DNA of 64,000 nt, taken from contig NC_081389.1 in NCBI RefSeq assembly GCF_030684315.1, positions 15,169,048-15,233,047 on the forward strand, given 5' to 3'. The notes beneath the pieces were generated by a model, which did not search any database, was not told the DNA's origin, and saw nothing but the letters and a program-made list of their open reading frames with translations. Source of the stretch: Stegostoma tigrinum. Its lineage: Eukaryota. The translations under genes were made by a program, and so were the position numbers. Below are positions 20,661-32,794 of this stretch, piece by piece; position 1 is the first letter of the stretch, and every line of letters starts with the position of its first letter.

Positions 20661-23589
20661 TTCTGTCCACGAGGAAAGGTTTCTAATTTCTAATTTCAAG
20701 GATGTGGGCACAACATTTTGGAGATGTTTCCCACCCTTCAAACATTTAGGAGTGGCAACCCTCAGTTTCGGGTTCATAACCTTCTGAATCATAACCTGAA
20801 CCCATAACCTTCTGACTCAAAGGCGAATGTGTGACCCCGCAGATACGAGAAGATGACGCATAGCTTTAATGATGAGCACATATTCAAGGGATAAGTTATA
20901 TGCCTTGTTAAGATGAATCACGCATCATTTAAAAGAGGGACAATATTTGTCGCCCAGCAGAAAAGGAATGTGTGAATACTTCTATCTTATCGTTGTAGCT
21001 AACCAGTTGGACAAGCAAAGCCACATTCAAATGCAAATTGCTTTGCATATGGATGACTGCCAGATAACAATTTGCCAAGCATCTTTCTTTTTTGTTAAAG
21101 CTAGTGTTTTTTAAAGCAAACAAGACTCATCGAGCAAAGCGCCCTACATTAGCCCTACATAGGGGGGGGGGTCATAAAGAAGCCTTTTTAATCACTTTGA
21201 TTTAAAGCCAGAATTATGCCTGGATTCCAGGAGATGACTGGAATTCAGTTGTTGTAAGTGGAAATGTTTTTATTTCATTTCCAGGATGGAGGCACCAAGT
21301 TATTTAGGTGTTCCCCACCCTCCAAATATTCAGGACTATTTTAACAATTTGACATTTGAGTTTCAGGATCCAAAAAGAAGTAGATTACAGCTCATAACTT
21401 GGTTATCGATTTAGTCCGCCGTTTTATAGCAGAACTCAATTAAGTCAAAATGACTTGTTTACAACAAGATGCTGAAACAGGTGACATATGCATAAACATT
21501 GAAATAATAGAGGCCATCAACGTAATCTGACATTACACACGCAATTAACATTTGAGATATTACCAGGGAAACCATTCAATTCAGAGGAATGTATCAAGGT
21601 AGGGAAATGCTCACAATGGAATTATTCACATCACTTTTTGGTGGCTTCTTCTTAACCATGAAAGTGGGACATGTATTTATTGAAGGGTATGTGCTATATT
21701 TTCAAAGTGACAAAAAAATCTTTAAATTGTATGTTCACACTGTACACACAATCAATTGGATTGCCAATTAACTGAGCTCACCCCCTCCTCTATCTTCCTC
21801 TGGAGTATTATTAGGGAGGAAGACATCAGCTACTTCACAGTGCAAGTGCTAAAGAGCATGAAATCCATTCAAGGTCTTCATCCCTTGTCAACTTGTTCAG
21901 GGACTGAACATTAACAAAATGTCCAGGACTTGCTTCCACATGCTTGGTTATTAAATAGGGTCAGGTGTGGGTGATAAATGGTTTCTTTGTTCAGAGAACA
22001 TGAGTTATGCAATGTAATGAACACATCACAGTCAGTGACTCTGAACCAAGAGAGAGTGCATAGCCTAGTTAGCTGTCCAAATGGCCCTTCATTTCATTTC
22101 CCTTTCGTATTTGGGGTGCCAAATAAGGCCTCAACAACCCCAGCTTGCCCACTTCACAATAAAACAGAAAGGAATCAGTATGAGTAATTCTTCCCACAGT
22201 GAGAGACTGTAGCCCCTTTCACTTTGAGATGGTGTTGTCTAGTGCATTCTTTTCCCCTATTTTGATGAAAACTGGACATTCAACCAAGATTTGAAAATAC
22301 GTACAAGATAGCATCTTCCCATTCACATTGTTGCCTGTATGGTGCAAAGGCAGTGAAATTATTCTATGGTGAGATCCCGCACGTAGTTGATCCCAATCAT
22401 AATATGATACAATGGTTACAATTTGGCAGCAAACATTGCTTCACTGCACTTTGGTTACACTTACTAGACTGCAACTGCTTGGAAATGTCTGGTCACATAG
22501 TGAAAGTAGATGTCAAGATTCTTTGCTTTTAGTTTTCAGCAGACTGCAATGAGAACATTTGAAGACTAGAAATTCACTACACAGCATTCAGTAATTACAT
22601 TTTACTTGCAGTACAGCCTTGTTGAGATCGACACTACGCCTGTCACTAAAACCACTTTGTCACAAAATTGCACAAACATATGAGTTATGTTGTTTGGGAG
22701 AGCCCAAAGTGTTACCAAAATTAATGCCATAGCTCATAGCCTGTTCCTTCTCTCAGCACCATCCAAAATTTAATTTATCTAGTTAGACCCACATATGCTG
22801 CTCCTCTCCCCTTGCAGTCTATGCTCATGATATTTCCACCCCTCTGTGTTCATAAGGCCATTAGAAATAGGAACAGGAGCAGGCCATTTGCCCTTTACTT
22901 ATGCTCCGCCATTCCATAGGACCACGACAGGATTTGGACCCAATGACACTAAAGGAACGGTGACATATTTACAGGCAACAGAAGCCTGACTCCCTACAGT
23001 CTTAACAACTGAGTTAAGCATCTTGAATTAAGTAGAGGTGCGAGAAGTCTGAAGGAGAACACATAAAAGGGGTTCTTTAATAGGAGTGGAAGGGAGGAAG
23101 TTATCCAAATCCATGGGGAGAATTCACTTCCTACTTGGTGCATCTGGAATTCAAGGACAAAAAGGGGCAAGAGATCACTGGAGGAAACAAACATCTCCCA
23201 ACCACATGGTGTTTTACTCAATTGCTCGAATCCAAATGTATAATTTAAAACATTAGAAACTACAACACATGAGAATTGAGAGGAGACAGCATAGTTAAGG
23301 AAAGGCTCTATTAGAAGATATTTACACTCCTTTTTCCTTCATCAAACTTGTATTATGACATTGCTAGTCATATTTCAGACAGTTCACAGTGATGACCCAG
23401 AAACAAACCGTCTTACTTTGTAGTTGGCAAACAACTTCTTTTTGAGGCACTAAGTCATTAGCATAATGAGCTCATCACATTAATTTATAATACTGTGGTG
23501 ATTAAGATCCATGTCTGCTTTTCCTCAAACACAGGCAGCTCCATTATTCAGTGCTTTAAATTCACTACGTGTAGCTTTATGATAGCCCA

Positions 23590-23930
23590 GCTCTTCACAA
23601 GGCTGACAATTCTAGTGTAGGATTGAGGGGCTGCTTCACTATTAGAGGTGCCACATTTCAGATCAGACATTAAACTCCATATTGTCCTCTCAAATGCACA
23701 TAAAAGACTACAGAAAAGAATTCTCCCTGGTGTCCTGGCCAACATCGAACCATCTATTTACATATGGAAACAGATTATCTCGCTATTAAAATGTCTTCAT
23801 TTGAGGGAGTTGGTTGTTGACAAATTCCTATTGTGGTTCCCGCATTACAACATTGATTATACAACAAAAGATGCTTCTTGACCTGCAATGAACCTGGGAA
23901 CATCCTGAGGTTGGGAAAGGTGCTGCAAAA
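23590..23930 (+). mobile_element. DeuSINE (SacSINE1/AmnSINE1-like)
   Basis: ggctgacaattctagtgtaggattgagggggctgcttcactattagaggtgcc...ctggtgtcctggccaacat...aaacagattatct...catcctgaggttgggaaaggtgct. Confidence 0.75.
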
Positions 23931-24019
23931 ATGGTGAACATTACTCAGAAGTATCCTCATTTGTACTGTCGTCTTCATGGCCATTGGACTCAACATGCAT
24001 TGCAACTGATGAAGGGATA

Positions 24020-24100
24020 GCAACAACTGCAGAAACAGGAGTCAGAGACATCACAGTGTAGAGCAGGGGGAACACAGCAGGCCAAGCAGCATTAGAGGAT
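24020..24100 (-). mobile_element. PLE family A terminal fragment
   Basis: aactgcagaaacaggagtcagagacatcacagtgtagagcagggggaacacagcaggccaagcagcattagagga. Confidence 0.7.
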
Positions 24101-24489
24101 GAGGTTTGCATTGGCAGATGCTTTTGGTGTGGTGTTCCGACAGCCCGGCGTGGCGTTTTTCATCCAGGGTGGCAGTCTTGTCCTGTGGTGGTTTCCTTCA
24201 GCGAAGGCTTTCGGCCTAGTTTTTCCAAAGGGCCAGCATTTCGGTTTCATCCCAACATAGTGTTCTCATCATGGATTGATGGTTTCATTCTGTCTTGTGT
24301 TTCTTCTTTTGATGGGCTTCCTCTGAAACCAGGAGCCATTAAATGGTCTATGATGAACTTTTGTCTTAAATTGACTTTTTATTGTTACTTATCAATTTAC
24401 TTATGACTTCTGTTATTAATACAAGTGCCATGGTATTTTTCTCGACATAACAATAAATTCTAAATTAAATTACGTTTGAAGTGTTAGCC

Positions 24490-24785
24490 ATAGAAATGTA
24501 GAAACTAGGAGTAGACCTTCCAGTCCTTTAAGCCTGTTTCCCATTCAGTATGAGCATGACTGTTCCTGCTTTAACCAAAACACTTTTCATCCTGTTAGCC
24601 CTAAGAATTATAAGTAACTTCTTGAACACCTTCAATGTTTTGGCCTCAGTGCTTTCTGTAACAGATAGTTCTACAGGCTCACCACTCTCTGTGAAAATAT
24701 TTCTCCTCATCTCAATCTGAAATAAACTACCCCATATCCTTAGGTTGTGACCCCTGGTTCCGGACTCCCTGGTCATCAGGACATC
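24490..24785 (-). mobile_element. CR1 3' fragment
   Basis: Within ORF 24528-24956: MTRESGTRGHNLRIWGSLFQIEMRRNIFT. Confidence 0.8.
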
Positions 24786-24789
24786 CAAT

Positions 24790-25900
24790 GTAGTTATTGT
24801 TGTGATGGAGGTTAGCCAACAATACATCTGGTGGTAATGACTACCGGAAAGAAACAAAACATGGGTCCAGAGGAGGTGTTGACTAAGGTAGGTTTCTGTC
24901 CAAAAGCAAATGAACGAGACCCAAGACACAAACTGACACCTCAGGAAATGGTTCAAAATAGAGCTCAGAGTTTGTAAGCTGAAGATGTTGAACTTATTTT
25001 TGAGTCCTTAAAGGTGTAAAATTCCTAGTTGGAAGATGAGGTGCAGTTCCTTAAGTCTTTAATGCACTTCACTGGAACTCTGCAACAGGCAGAGGATTTA
25101 TAGTTTAACACAAAAACAAATTGCTGCATTAAAATGACAAAAGACTGAAAAGTCAGTGCCGTTCTTACGAAGAGGAGATGTTCTGCAGTTCCCAGTGAAG
25201 AAGAGAATACATTGTGAATATAGCAGAAAAGAATGAAAATACAAGTAAATTATTGATTCACTTTGAAGGAATTTTTTTTGGCCCTTGGATAATTAGAAGA
25301 GAGACTCCAAACAGGCAGGTGGTACATTGGGAACAAAATCAAAGTTGCTGGAAAAGCTCAGCAGGTCTGGCAGCATCTGTTGAAGACAAAAAACAGAGTT
25401 AACGTTTCGGGTCCGGTGACCCCGCCTCAGAACTTTACAGCATCCACAGTTCTTTTGGTTTTATCAAGTGGCACATTGCCTGCATTTGCATGGAAAGATG
25501 CCATGGAGAAGGGAGTGGTTGGCATTGAGTAAGTAGCAACTCAGATGTTACTGAGGGAATCGCTCTTTTTGGACTTCGAAAGGCAACGGTGTGAAGATGC
25601 ATTTAGCGGTGGCTAAAAGCGACAGAATTGCCAGAAAGTGATCTGTTGATTACAGATACTGGTGCTGTGGAAGGTAGGGATTAAAGAAATTCTCTTGTGG
25701 TTCCTACAGGAAAGGGGAGAGGAGAGTGCAGAAGTATTGGAAATGTACAGACATGGTCAAGAGACCAATCAATCATTGGTGGGTTTAGGAATGAAAGAAG
25801 ACACCTCAGAAGCACTAATGAGGAAAGTTGCACCATCATAACAGGTACTTCAGAGACAGAATGATTATTGATATGGATGGGAGATCTTAGAGGGTCTAAG
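24790..25900 (-). mobile_element. Old Penelope-like element fragment (GIY-YIG region + 3' UTR)
   Basis: ctgaagatgttgaacttatttttgagtccttaaagg...cctagttggaagatgaggtgcagttcc is the reverse complement of the EQHLIFxLG...GLNxEFN motif; homologous to 9115 and 29015. Confidence 0.65.
25330..25464 (-). mobile_element. Short hammerhead module (family B, young subfamily) inserted in an old PLE
   Basis: Minus strand agttctgaggcggggtcaccggacccgaaacgttaact; flanks caggtggtacattg (25316-25329) / caagtggcacattg (25465-25478). Confidence 0.82.
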
Positions 25901-25944
25901 GTGTGAGAAGTTGCTGTCAAGGTAACTGCAGGAGACAACATTCT

Positions 25945-26345
25945 AATGATGTAAATGTAAGGCCATCATGTATTGTTTGTTCCTAACTGCCCTCGAGAAG
26001 GTGGTGAGTAACCATCTGGTCTATGTACATGTAGACTGCTTTTACACAAAGCATTTACTGCAACTGAGGGGCTTGTTTAGCAAATTTGGAGGCAATTAAG
26101 GGTCAATCACTTTGCTGTGGATCTGGAGTCGCATGTAGACCAAACCAAGTAAAGACACCAGATTTACTTCCCTAAAGAATATTAGTTATTTTCATGACAT
26201 TCCAGTAGTTCTACTGTCAATAAAACTAGCATTTTAGTTGAAATTTATTAAACAAACTTAAAATTATCAGTCTCTCTGGTGGGATTTAAACTCTTTGTTT
26301 CAAGTGTATTGGTCCAATCCTCTGAGATTACTAGTCCAGCAATAT
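25945..26345 (-). mobile_element. SINE-T-related element
   Basis: tttgctgtggatctggagtcgcatgtagaccaaaccaagtaaagacaccagatttacttccctaaag...ggtgggatttaaac...attactagtccag. Confidence 0.7.
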
Positions 26346-26974
26346 TTAAGGGGGCGATTGAAATTTTAGAAGTTCAGTGTGGGGCATTGAAAGTACAATT
26401 AATCCCACAATTTTTCCTTTCTTTTCTTTCGTCTTTGCCTTAATTCCATCTTGTGCTCAGTCCAATTTTCTCACCAACTTAGAAACCTCCTGGGCAGTGC
26501 CTATACTAGACACCCCATTCACTAACCAAGTCATTAAGGAGTCACGTTGATGTATTTTAATGCAAGGCATTAGAAAGTTGTCAATCTTTAGGAGATTAGA
26601 AACACCTTTAGTTAAATAAAAAGAACTGCTGCACTGGCCTAATTTGAATGCCAGTAATTATTCCATCTCACTGTAGCAATCAACTCAATCATAGTGTTGC
26701 TTCCAGTATCAATACACAGAGATTACTAGTTATTTGATTTTGTGCTGATGAAATTGACCTGAAATTAACAAGTAGATCATCAGCAAATTGGATACTGTAA
26801 CTTTAATTGGGTTTTGCTGAGCCACAGCACTTCTGGCCCCTGAAGTGCATCATTTTCAAGCAGTGGCAAAAGTAACAGAGCTTCTGCAAGGAACACTGGC
26901 AGAATATTTCATATAGTGCCTTTATGAGTATCATTGTTACAATAAGATGTAAGGAAAGTTATTAAAAGTAGATG

Positions 26975-27287
26975 ATTAGATTCCCTACAATGTGGAAACA
27001 GGCCATTCAGCCCAACAAGTCCACACCGCCCCTTGAAGCATCCCGCCCAGGCCCATCCCCCTATTACCCACACATCCCTGAACACTACGGGCAATTTAGC
27101 ATGACCAATCCACCTAGCCTGCACATCTTTGGACTGTGGGAGGAAACCGGAGCACCCGGAGGAAACCCACAAGGACACGGGGAGAATGTGCAAACTCCAC
27201 ACAGACAGTCGCCCGAGGCGGGAATCGAACCCGGGTCCCTGGTGCTGTGAGGCTGCAGTGCTAACCACTGAGCCACCATGCCGCCCC
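26975..27287 (-). mobile_element. HE1-type V-SINE, full length, young
   Basis: Minus: ggggcggcatggtggctcagtggttagcactgcagcctcacagcaccagggacccgggttcgattcccgcc...; CpGs retained, intact A/B boxes. Confidence 0.95.
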
Positions 27288-27368
27288 ATGCTTTTGGTAA
27301 TGAAGAAAATTATATCCATTGGCCAATAATGTCATGACCTATAAGAATTAAAGTTGAGATTATTATAC

Positions 27369-27505
27369 CCTGAGGAAGGATCACCAGACCCAAAAGGTTA
27401 ACTCTGATTTCTCTTCACAGATGCTGCCACACAGGTTGAGCTTTTCCAGCAACTTCTGTATTTGTTCCTGATTTACAACATCGACAGTTCTTTCAGTTTT
27501 TTTTT
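27369..27505 (+). mobile_element. PLE-derived hammerhead module, family B
   Basis: ctgaggaaggatcaccagacccaaaaggttaactctgatttctcttcacagatgctgcc. Confidence 0.8.
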
Positions 27506-27549
27506 AAGACCATTGCTTGATTAACACAGAGGTTGAGTATTGCTGAAAA

Positions 27550-27870
27550 GAGAGATGTGATATTAAAGGTTTTTGTCCTGCACTCATCAGGACGGGTGCA
27601 AGAATGTCAAATTTCAAAGGAAGCAACAACATCTGCTTCCTGAGAATAGGCTGCTGATTTGTTAGTAAGCAAAAATTGTTTGACTGAGGCTTTGCCATGG
27701 AGGATGCATCAGGAATGATTATCCCTAATTTTAATTTTTAAAAAAACTCAATATTAGGACATGTTCTTTTTTGTTTTCAGAGGATGGGTCACTGTGCAGT
27801 ATAAATTATTGCTCCCTTTGAAATTTGGCATTCTTGCATCCGTCCTGATGAGTGCAGAATGAAAAGTTAA
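27550..27870. mobile_element. Inverted-repeat element with outward-facing CTGATGAG hammerhead cores (family C)
   Basis: About 60-bp arms 27569-27629 / 27806-27868; CTGATGA at 27845-27851 (+) and 27590-27584 (-); interior homologous to 37190-37390. Confidence 0.8.
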
Positions 27871-29014
27871 GGGCATAACTAAAAGAACAAAGGAAGATCT
27901 TATATACATATTTGAGCATAATATCACTTTAAAATATTGTGCTCATCATTCATATACAACGTCGTGTTTAAAGAACATACACTTTGTAGACTGAATATTA
28001 AATTGGAAAGGGTGGTGGGGAGTTTGGTTTGACTTATAAGCGAAGATGAAGCGTACCCCTTATATCAATTTTAATAAAACATTTTTCATCTGACTGCTGC
28101 CAACCAGCTGGAGAGGTTAATTGATCTCTCAGGTCTTCAGTACCAGACCATAATCGTGGAGTGGAAAAGGCTGAGGAAGGTAGCAAAGACTGGGGTAGAG
28201 ATTGATAGGACTGTGGAGCTGGGAAACACTAATGAAACCGAGCTCAGTGTAGATCGGAAGTCTCAAAGTCGGGGGTGTGAGGGGTGGTGTGGTGGTCAGG
28301 GGATTGATACATCTATCAGAGGAGGCAGATGAAATAGGTATGCTTTTGGCTCCAGTTGGCTAAGTGGGAAACAATTTACCTCCTAGGTATTTGCCTCCTG
28401 TTAATTGGTGAGCTTCCTGATACCTGGAAAACTGAATTGGCCTGGTTTAAATTTAAAATGGTCATGAGGTCGAGGTCATGGGCATGGAGCCTCAGTACAA
28501 CACTTGAACTGGTAACCCACCTCCTGGGAGCAGCTTTCCTGTCCCCAGGAAAGGTAAACTCTGGAGTTGTTAGATTTAAATTTTATGTGTACTCAAGCAC
28601 AAAAGTACAGGAGTGCCATGGAAAGTTTATAAAGTCTGCACCCTTATGTACAAAGATACCCAAGTACAAAGAAACTGAAGTACAAAATAGGAAGAGAAAC
28701 AAAGTTAAAAAGTTAAGCATTACCTTCATAGAATAAGTAGGCAAATAAAGGAATAAGGTAGTAGTCATTATTAAAGTCTTTCTTAATTTAAACTAGAAAG
28801 CAATGGACTTAAGTTCAACAGTTGTCGATGAGTCCTCTGTTTATCTCATTCTCTGGGAGACTTTAGCTGCCTGTTCTCAACAGCTTGGGAGGGTTGGGAT
28901 TCAAATTTTTAAATAGCCCACCCAGCTCAAACCAGCCAAACAGGGGATTTAAATTCCATCTATTTATCTGCAAAATAAAAGCAGGTCTCTGGTATACATT
29001 GTTGTATTAATCTC

Positions 29015-29680
29015 ATACAAGAAACAGAAAGTGCAGGAGAAACTCAGCAAGTCTGGCAGCACTCGTGGAGGGAAAGCAGAGTTACTGTTGTGGGTTCAGT
29101 GATCCTTCTTCAGAACTGGTTGTAGCTCAGTTTATACGAAGACATGGTGGGGTTGGAGAGGGGGTGGAGGTGCTGTGGGGAGTAAACAATAGGTAAAAAT
29201 TGACCCCAGAGAGACAGAACAGTTGGGCAGCCAAGGGAATGAGTAAAGATCATCCTGGGAGAATCAATAGCTGCTAATGGGGACCATTATTAGCTGACAA
29301 TGGGTTGGTTGTGGTAGGAGTCCTTGTGATGATGTGACCTGGGACGAGAGGATAAGTAAAGAACATGGATAAAGGTGCCTCAGGCCCTAAATTTATTGAA
29401 TTCGACATTGAGTCCTGAAGGCTACAGGGTCCCCAAGTGGATCAAAAACAAAAGTTGCTGGAAACACCCAGCAGGTCTGGCAGCATCTGTGAAGAAAAAA
29501 AAACAGAGTTAATGTTTCGGGTCTGGTGACCCTTCCTCAGAACCCCAAGTGGATGCTGTTCTTCCAGCTTGCTGGAACACTGTAAAAAGCCCGAGACAGA
29601 AACGCTGGCTAGGGAGCAAGATGGTGTGTTCAAGTGACAGGCAACTGGAAGCTCAAGGTCATTTTTTTGTGGACAGGAGA
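29015..29680 (-). mobile_element. Penelope-like element 3' end (GIY-YIG C-terminus + UTR + terminal module)
   Basis: ORF 29442-29633 begins NTPSCSLASVSVSGFLQCSSKLEEQH; reverse homologue of 9115-9720. Confidence 0.88.
29443..29542 (-). mobile_element. 100-bp hammerhead-only insertion with 12-bp TSD
   Basis: ccccaagtggat at 29431-29442 and 29543-29554; minus strand ttCTGAGGAagggtcaccagaccCGAAACattaactct... Confidence 0.88.
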
Positions 29681-31159
29681 ATTACTGCTATTCTGGAAAG
29701 CATAGCGCCCTGTATTAAAACAAAAACCTGCATTGGTGTTCCACTCATTTACCAGAATTACTTATCTGAAAAAAGAATGAATGTGAACAGCTATGACACT
29801 CTGTCATCATACCTTCCCTAGCCATGACATTAACTCTGAGACAGTATAAACGGATTGCTTTTGATGCCATATAGGAGAAGACAGTGGATGTCTAAAGAAC
29901 ATAGTCGGTACTTTTTAACATGCACCGTCCAATAATCATAATAGTCACATCAAATCTTTCTACACAGATTAAAAATCAGCAGTTGAATTTCAAGATGCTC
30001 CAATCCATCGGGGGTGCAAATAGGAGGTCGATCATTCTGATTGTCTTTTAGAAATAAGCATTTTCCTGTCCCCAGACTTTTAAGTTTGTGCTTTGCCAGA
30101 TGTGAGGGAAACTTGTTCATTTTTCCATCCTGGGAGAAGTTTTCCCTCCTGACATTCTCCAATGAATTCAGTTCAGAATTTTTCCATCTCCACCTGCCCA
30201 TGTGGCATGTGAGAAATGCCACGTAAAGGTGAAACAGAATGAATTGCACCAAGAAGGAATGAGGCTGCAACACAGGTGATTGCAGTTCAATGTCATTGGA
30301 GAGAGCCCAGGGAGAATTAGAAAGAGGCAAACCAATTGTCTGTCACAAAATTTAAAATATGCATCTAAGAATATATTGAGGAGCTTTGTACTGTGCATAA
30401 AGCAGCAGGATTATAATGAACGTAAAGGAGTATTAAACCTATATAGAATATACATATAAAAGTGTTAGATCTCTGTGAAAGAGGAACGCAGGAGTATTTC
30501 AACTCTGTAATTAAAAAGAGGACTATAAAGTGAGCAGTTGTAAGGCAGCACCTCTGTAAAATAGTGCAATTTCAATATATTACCTCTGTGAAATAGACAT
30601 GCATGAGAATATCATACATTATGAAGCAACAATTGATAAGATATCTGAGAGAAATACACAGTTTAAAGATGGTGACCAAGAAATTGCGGGCTAATTCAGT
30701 TAATTTTTAATGAATAGTCCCACGACAACATCTAACTGTTAAAAGGTTGTCTCAAATAAACATATTTGGATTCAGGGCTTTTAATCAGAACCTCATTGCA
30801 AAGTTGAAAAATATTGCAGTCTGTAAGGTGTGTCTGTAAATCATTAAATTTAGTGGCCTTTCATAGTGCTTGGATATTATCTGTAAAACACACATTAATT
30901 CCATCTATTGGTCCTGCTCCTAACAATTCCTGGACTGTTCTCTCCATTGAAACACAATCTTTCAAATAAAAAATTGAAGCAGCAAGCCTGAATGCTGGAT
31001 GTCAACCTGTTGAAATTCTTTGCATAACCCACATTGAGTTTGTCCATTCTTTTCAGAGAAATTACATTGAGCTACGTTGAAACAGCAGCAGAGAATGAGG
31101 CGATTTGTCCCAAGTAATCCTTATTACTTCTTTAACTCTGCTTTAACTCCTCTGCTGCA

Positions 31160-31500
31160 TTATAGACATTACTGGCAAGGCTGTTGTTGGGTTCCCATCA
31201 CTAGTTGCCCTCCCTAGATCATTTGAGAGGACAGTTAAGAGGCAACTGCATCGCTGTGGGTCTGGAGTTGTGTGTCAGCCAGACGGGGTAAGGTTGGCAG
31301 ATATTCTTCCCTAAAGGACACTAGTACAACCAGATTGTTTTGTATGAAAATTGACAGTGGTGACATGGTTGTCAACAGTCTAGCTTTTTCTTCAGATGCC
31401 AGATTTTTATTGAATTCAAATTTCGGCAAATGCCATTGCGTAATCAGAAACCACATCACCTCAAATATTAGTCAGGGCTCTAAATTATAAGTCCAATAAT
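31160..31500 (-). mobile_element. SINE-T copy
   Basis: gctgtgggtctggagtt...ggtaaggttggcagatattcttccctaaaggacactagt...ccagatttttattgaattcaaattt. Confidence 0.75.
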
Positions 31501-31705
31501 ATTCTCTATATTGTGAGAATCCTGCCACCTTAAAAGATTATTTTGTCCTTTTTTTGAAGAGTGGTTGTAAGGCAGAGGTGCAGAACTGGCTGCTGAAGAC
31601 GACTTAAGTAAAAACTAGTGAAGCCTTGTGTGTTTTTTGAAAGTTGGAAGGCCTTTGACATGCCTTTACCAGCTCCATGAGTCTATCCACCATCCCTATT
31701 GAAAA

Positions 31706-32030
31706 GGTGGCGCAGTGGTGAGCACTGCTGCCTCACATCTCTAGTGGACCTGGGTTCAATTCCACCTGCAGATGACTGTCTGTGTGGAGTTTGCACATGC
31801 TCCCTGTGTCTGTGTGGGTTTCCTCTTGGTGCTTCAGTTTCCTCTCACAATCAAACAATGTGGAGGTTAAGGATTGGCCATGTTAAATTGTCCATAGTGT
31901 CCTGGGTATTCAGGCTAAGTGGGTTAGCTCTAGGAATTGTGGGTTTATAATGATTAGGTGGGATGCCTTTCAGAGATAGGATGGCAGTCATAATGGGTTG
32001 AATGGCCTATTTCTGCACTGGAGGAATCCT
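31706..32030 (+). mobile_element. HE1-type V-SINE
   Basis: ggtggcgcagtggtgagcactgctgcctcac...gggttcaattcc...tgtctgtgtggagtttgcac. Confidence 0.9.
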
Positions 32031-32459
32031 ATAAATAGTGAACGTGTACTCTGGTCAGCGATTGGCTACTCAGGGAAATATCATCACTTTCTGTCTGTCT
32101 CTAACACACAGACAGTTGTTATAATTCAATGCCAAACAAATCTGTCAAGTATGAAATCAGGCATCAATAGCTTTCATGATAATTCATTAACAGGGGTGGT
32201 CCCCTTCATAAGCTCATACTAACGAAAACGATCCCACACAGAGATGTAATTTTAAAGATCTAATGCACAAACTCTTGTTGTACTTAGGAACAGCTATTTT
32301 CAATCATCCGGCATTGTGTTTCGACTTGTATAGGAATTGGCTTACGAATGGACTGAGAATGGAACCCCTTTTGCAACACAGGGACTTGCCAGTGCTTACA
32401 GAATGTGGCATTCGATATCTGCTTCCTTTCAACTAATCGTTGTGTTAGGGCAGTCTCAC

Positions 32460-32555
32460 TTTCTGAAGTAGGGTCACCAGACTTGAAACGTTAACTCAGT
32501 TTTCTCTCTCCACAAATCTGCTGAGTTTCTCCAGCAATTTCTGTTTCCGTTTCTC
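32460..32555 (+). mobile_element. PLE-derived hammerhead module, family B
   Basis: ttctgaagtagggtcaccagacttgaaacgttaactc...ctgctgagtttctccagcaatttctgttt. Confidence 0.8.
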
Positions 32556-32675
32556 AACTTCACATTACTTTGATTAAAACAATTCAAATCAATCCAAAAT
32601 AAAATGTGACAGTGCCTGTGAGAGGTGCCGCACCAACCGTCAAGATTTCAAAGGAAACTTATCAAATGAAATTAA

Positions 32676-32794
32676 AAGATAGTGGGAACTGCAGATGCTG
32701 GAGAAGAAGGGTCTAGGCCCGAAATGTCAGCTTTCCTGCTCCTCTCATGCTGCTTGGTCTGCTGTGTTCATCCAGCTCCACACCTTGCTATCAT
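32676..32794. mobile_element. Short family A module with 12-bp TSD
   Basis: Inverted tip agatagtgggaactgcagatgctggaga fused to gaagggtctaggcccgaaatgtcagc...; aaatgaaattaa at 32664-32675 and 32795-32806. Confidence 0.85.

Noticed and set aside
20776-20820. cataacct(tc)tga triplication
   Set aside because: Local slippage in a decayed SINE head; too short to interpret
26909-27329. Overlapping ORFs and tRNA-like head as a gene or tRNA
   Set aside because: All lie within an HE1 V-SINE; the A/B boxes continue into the V-domain, not a full cloverleaf
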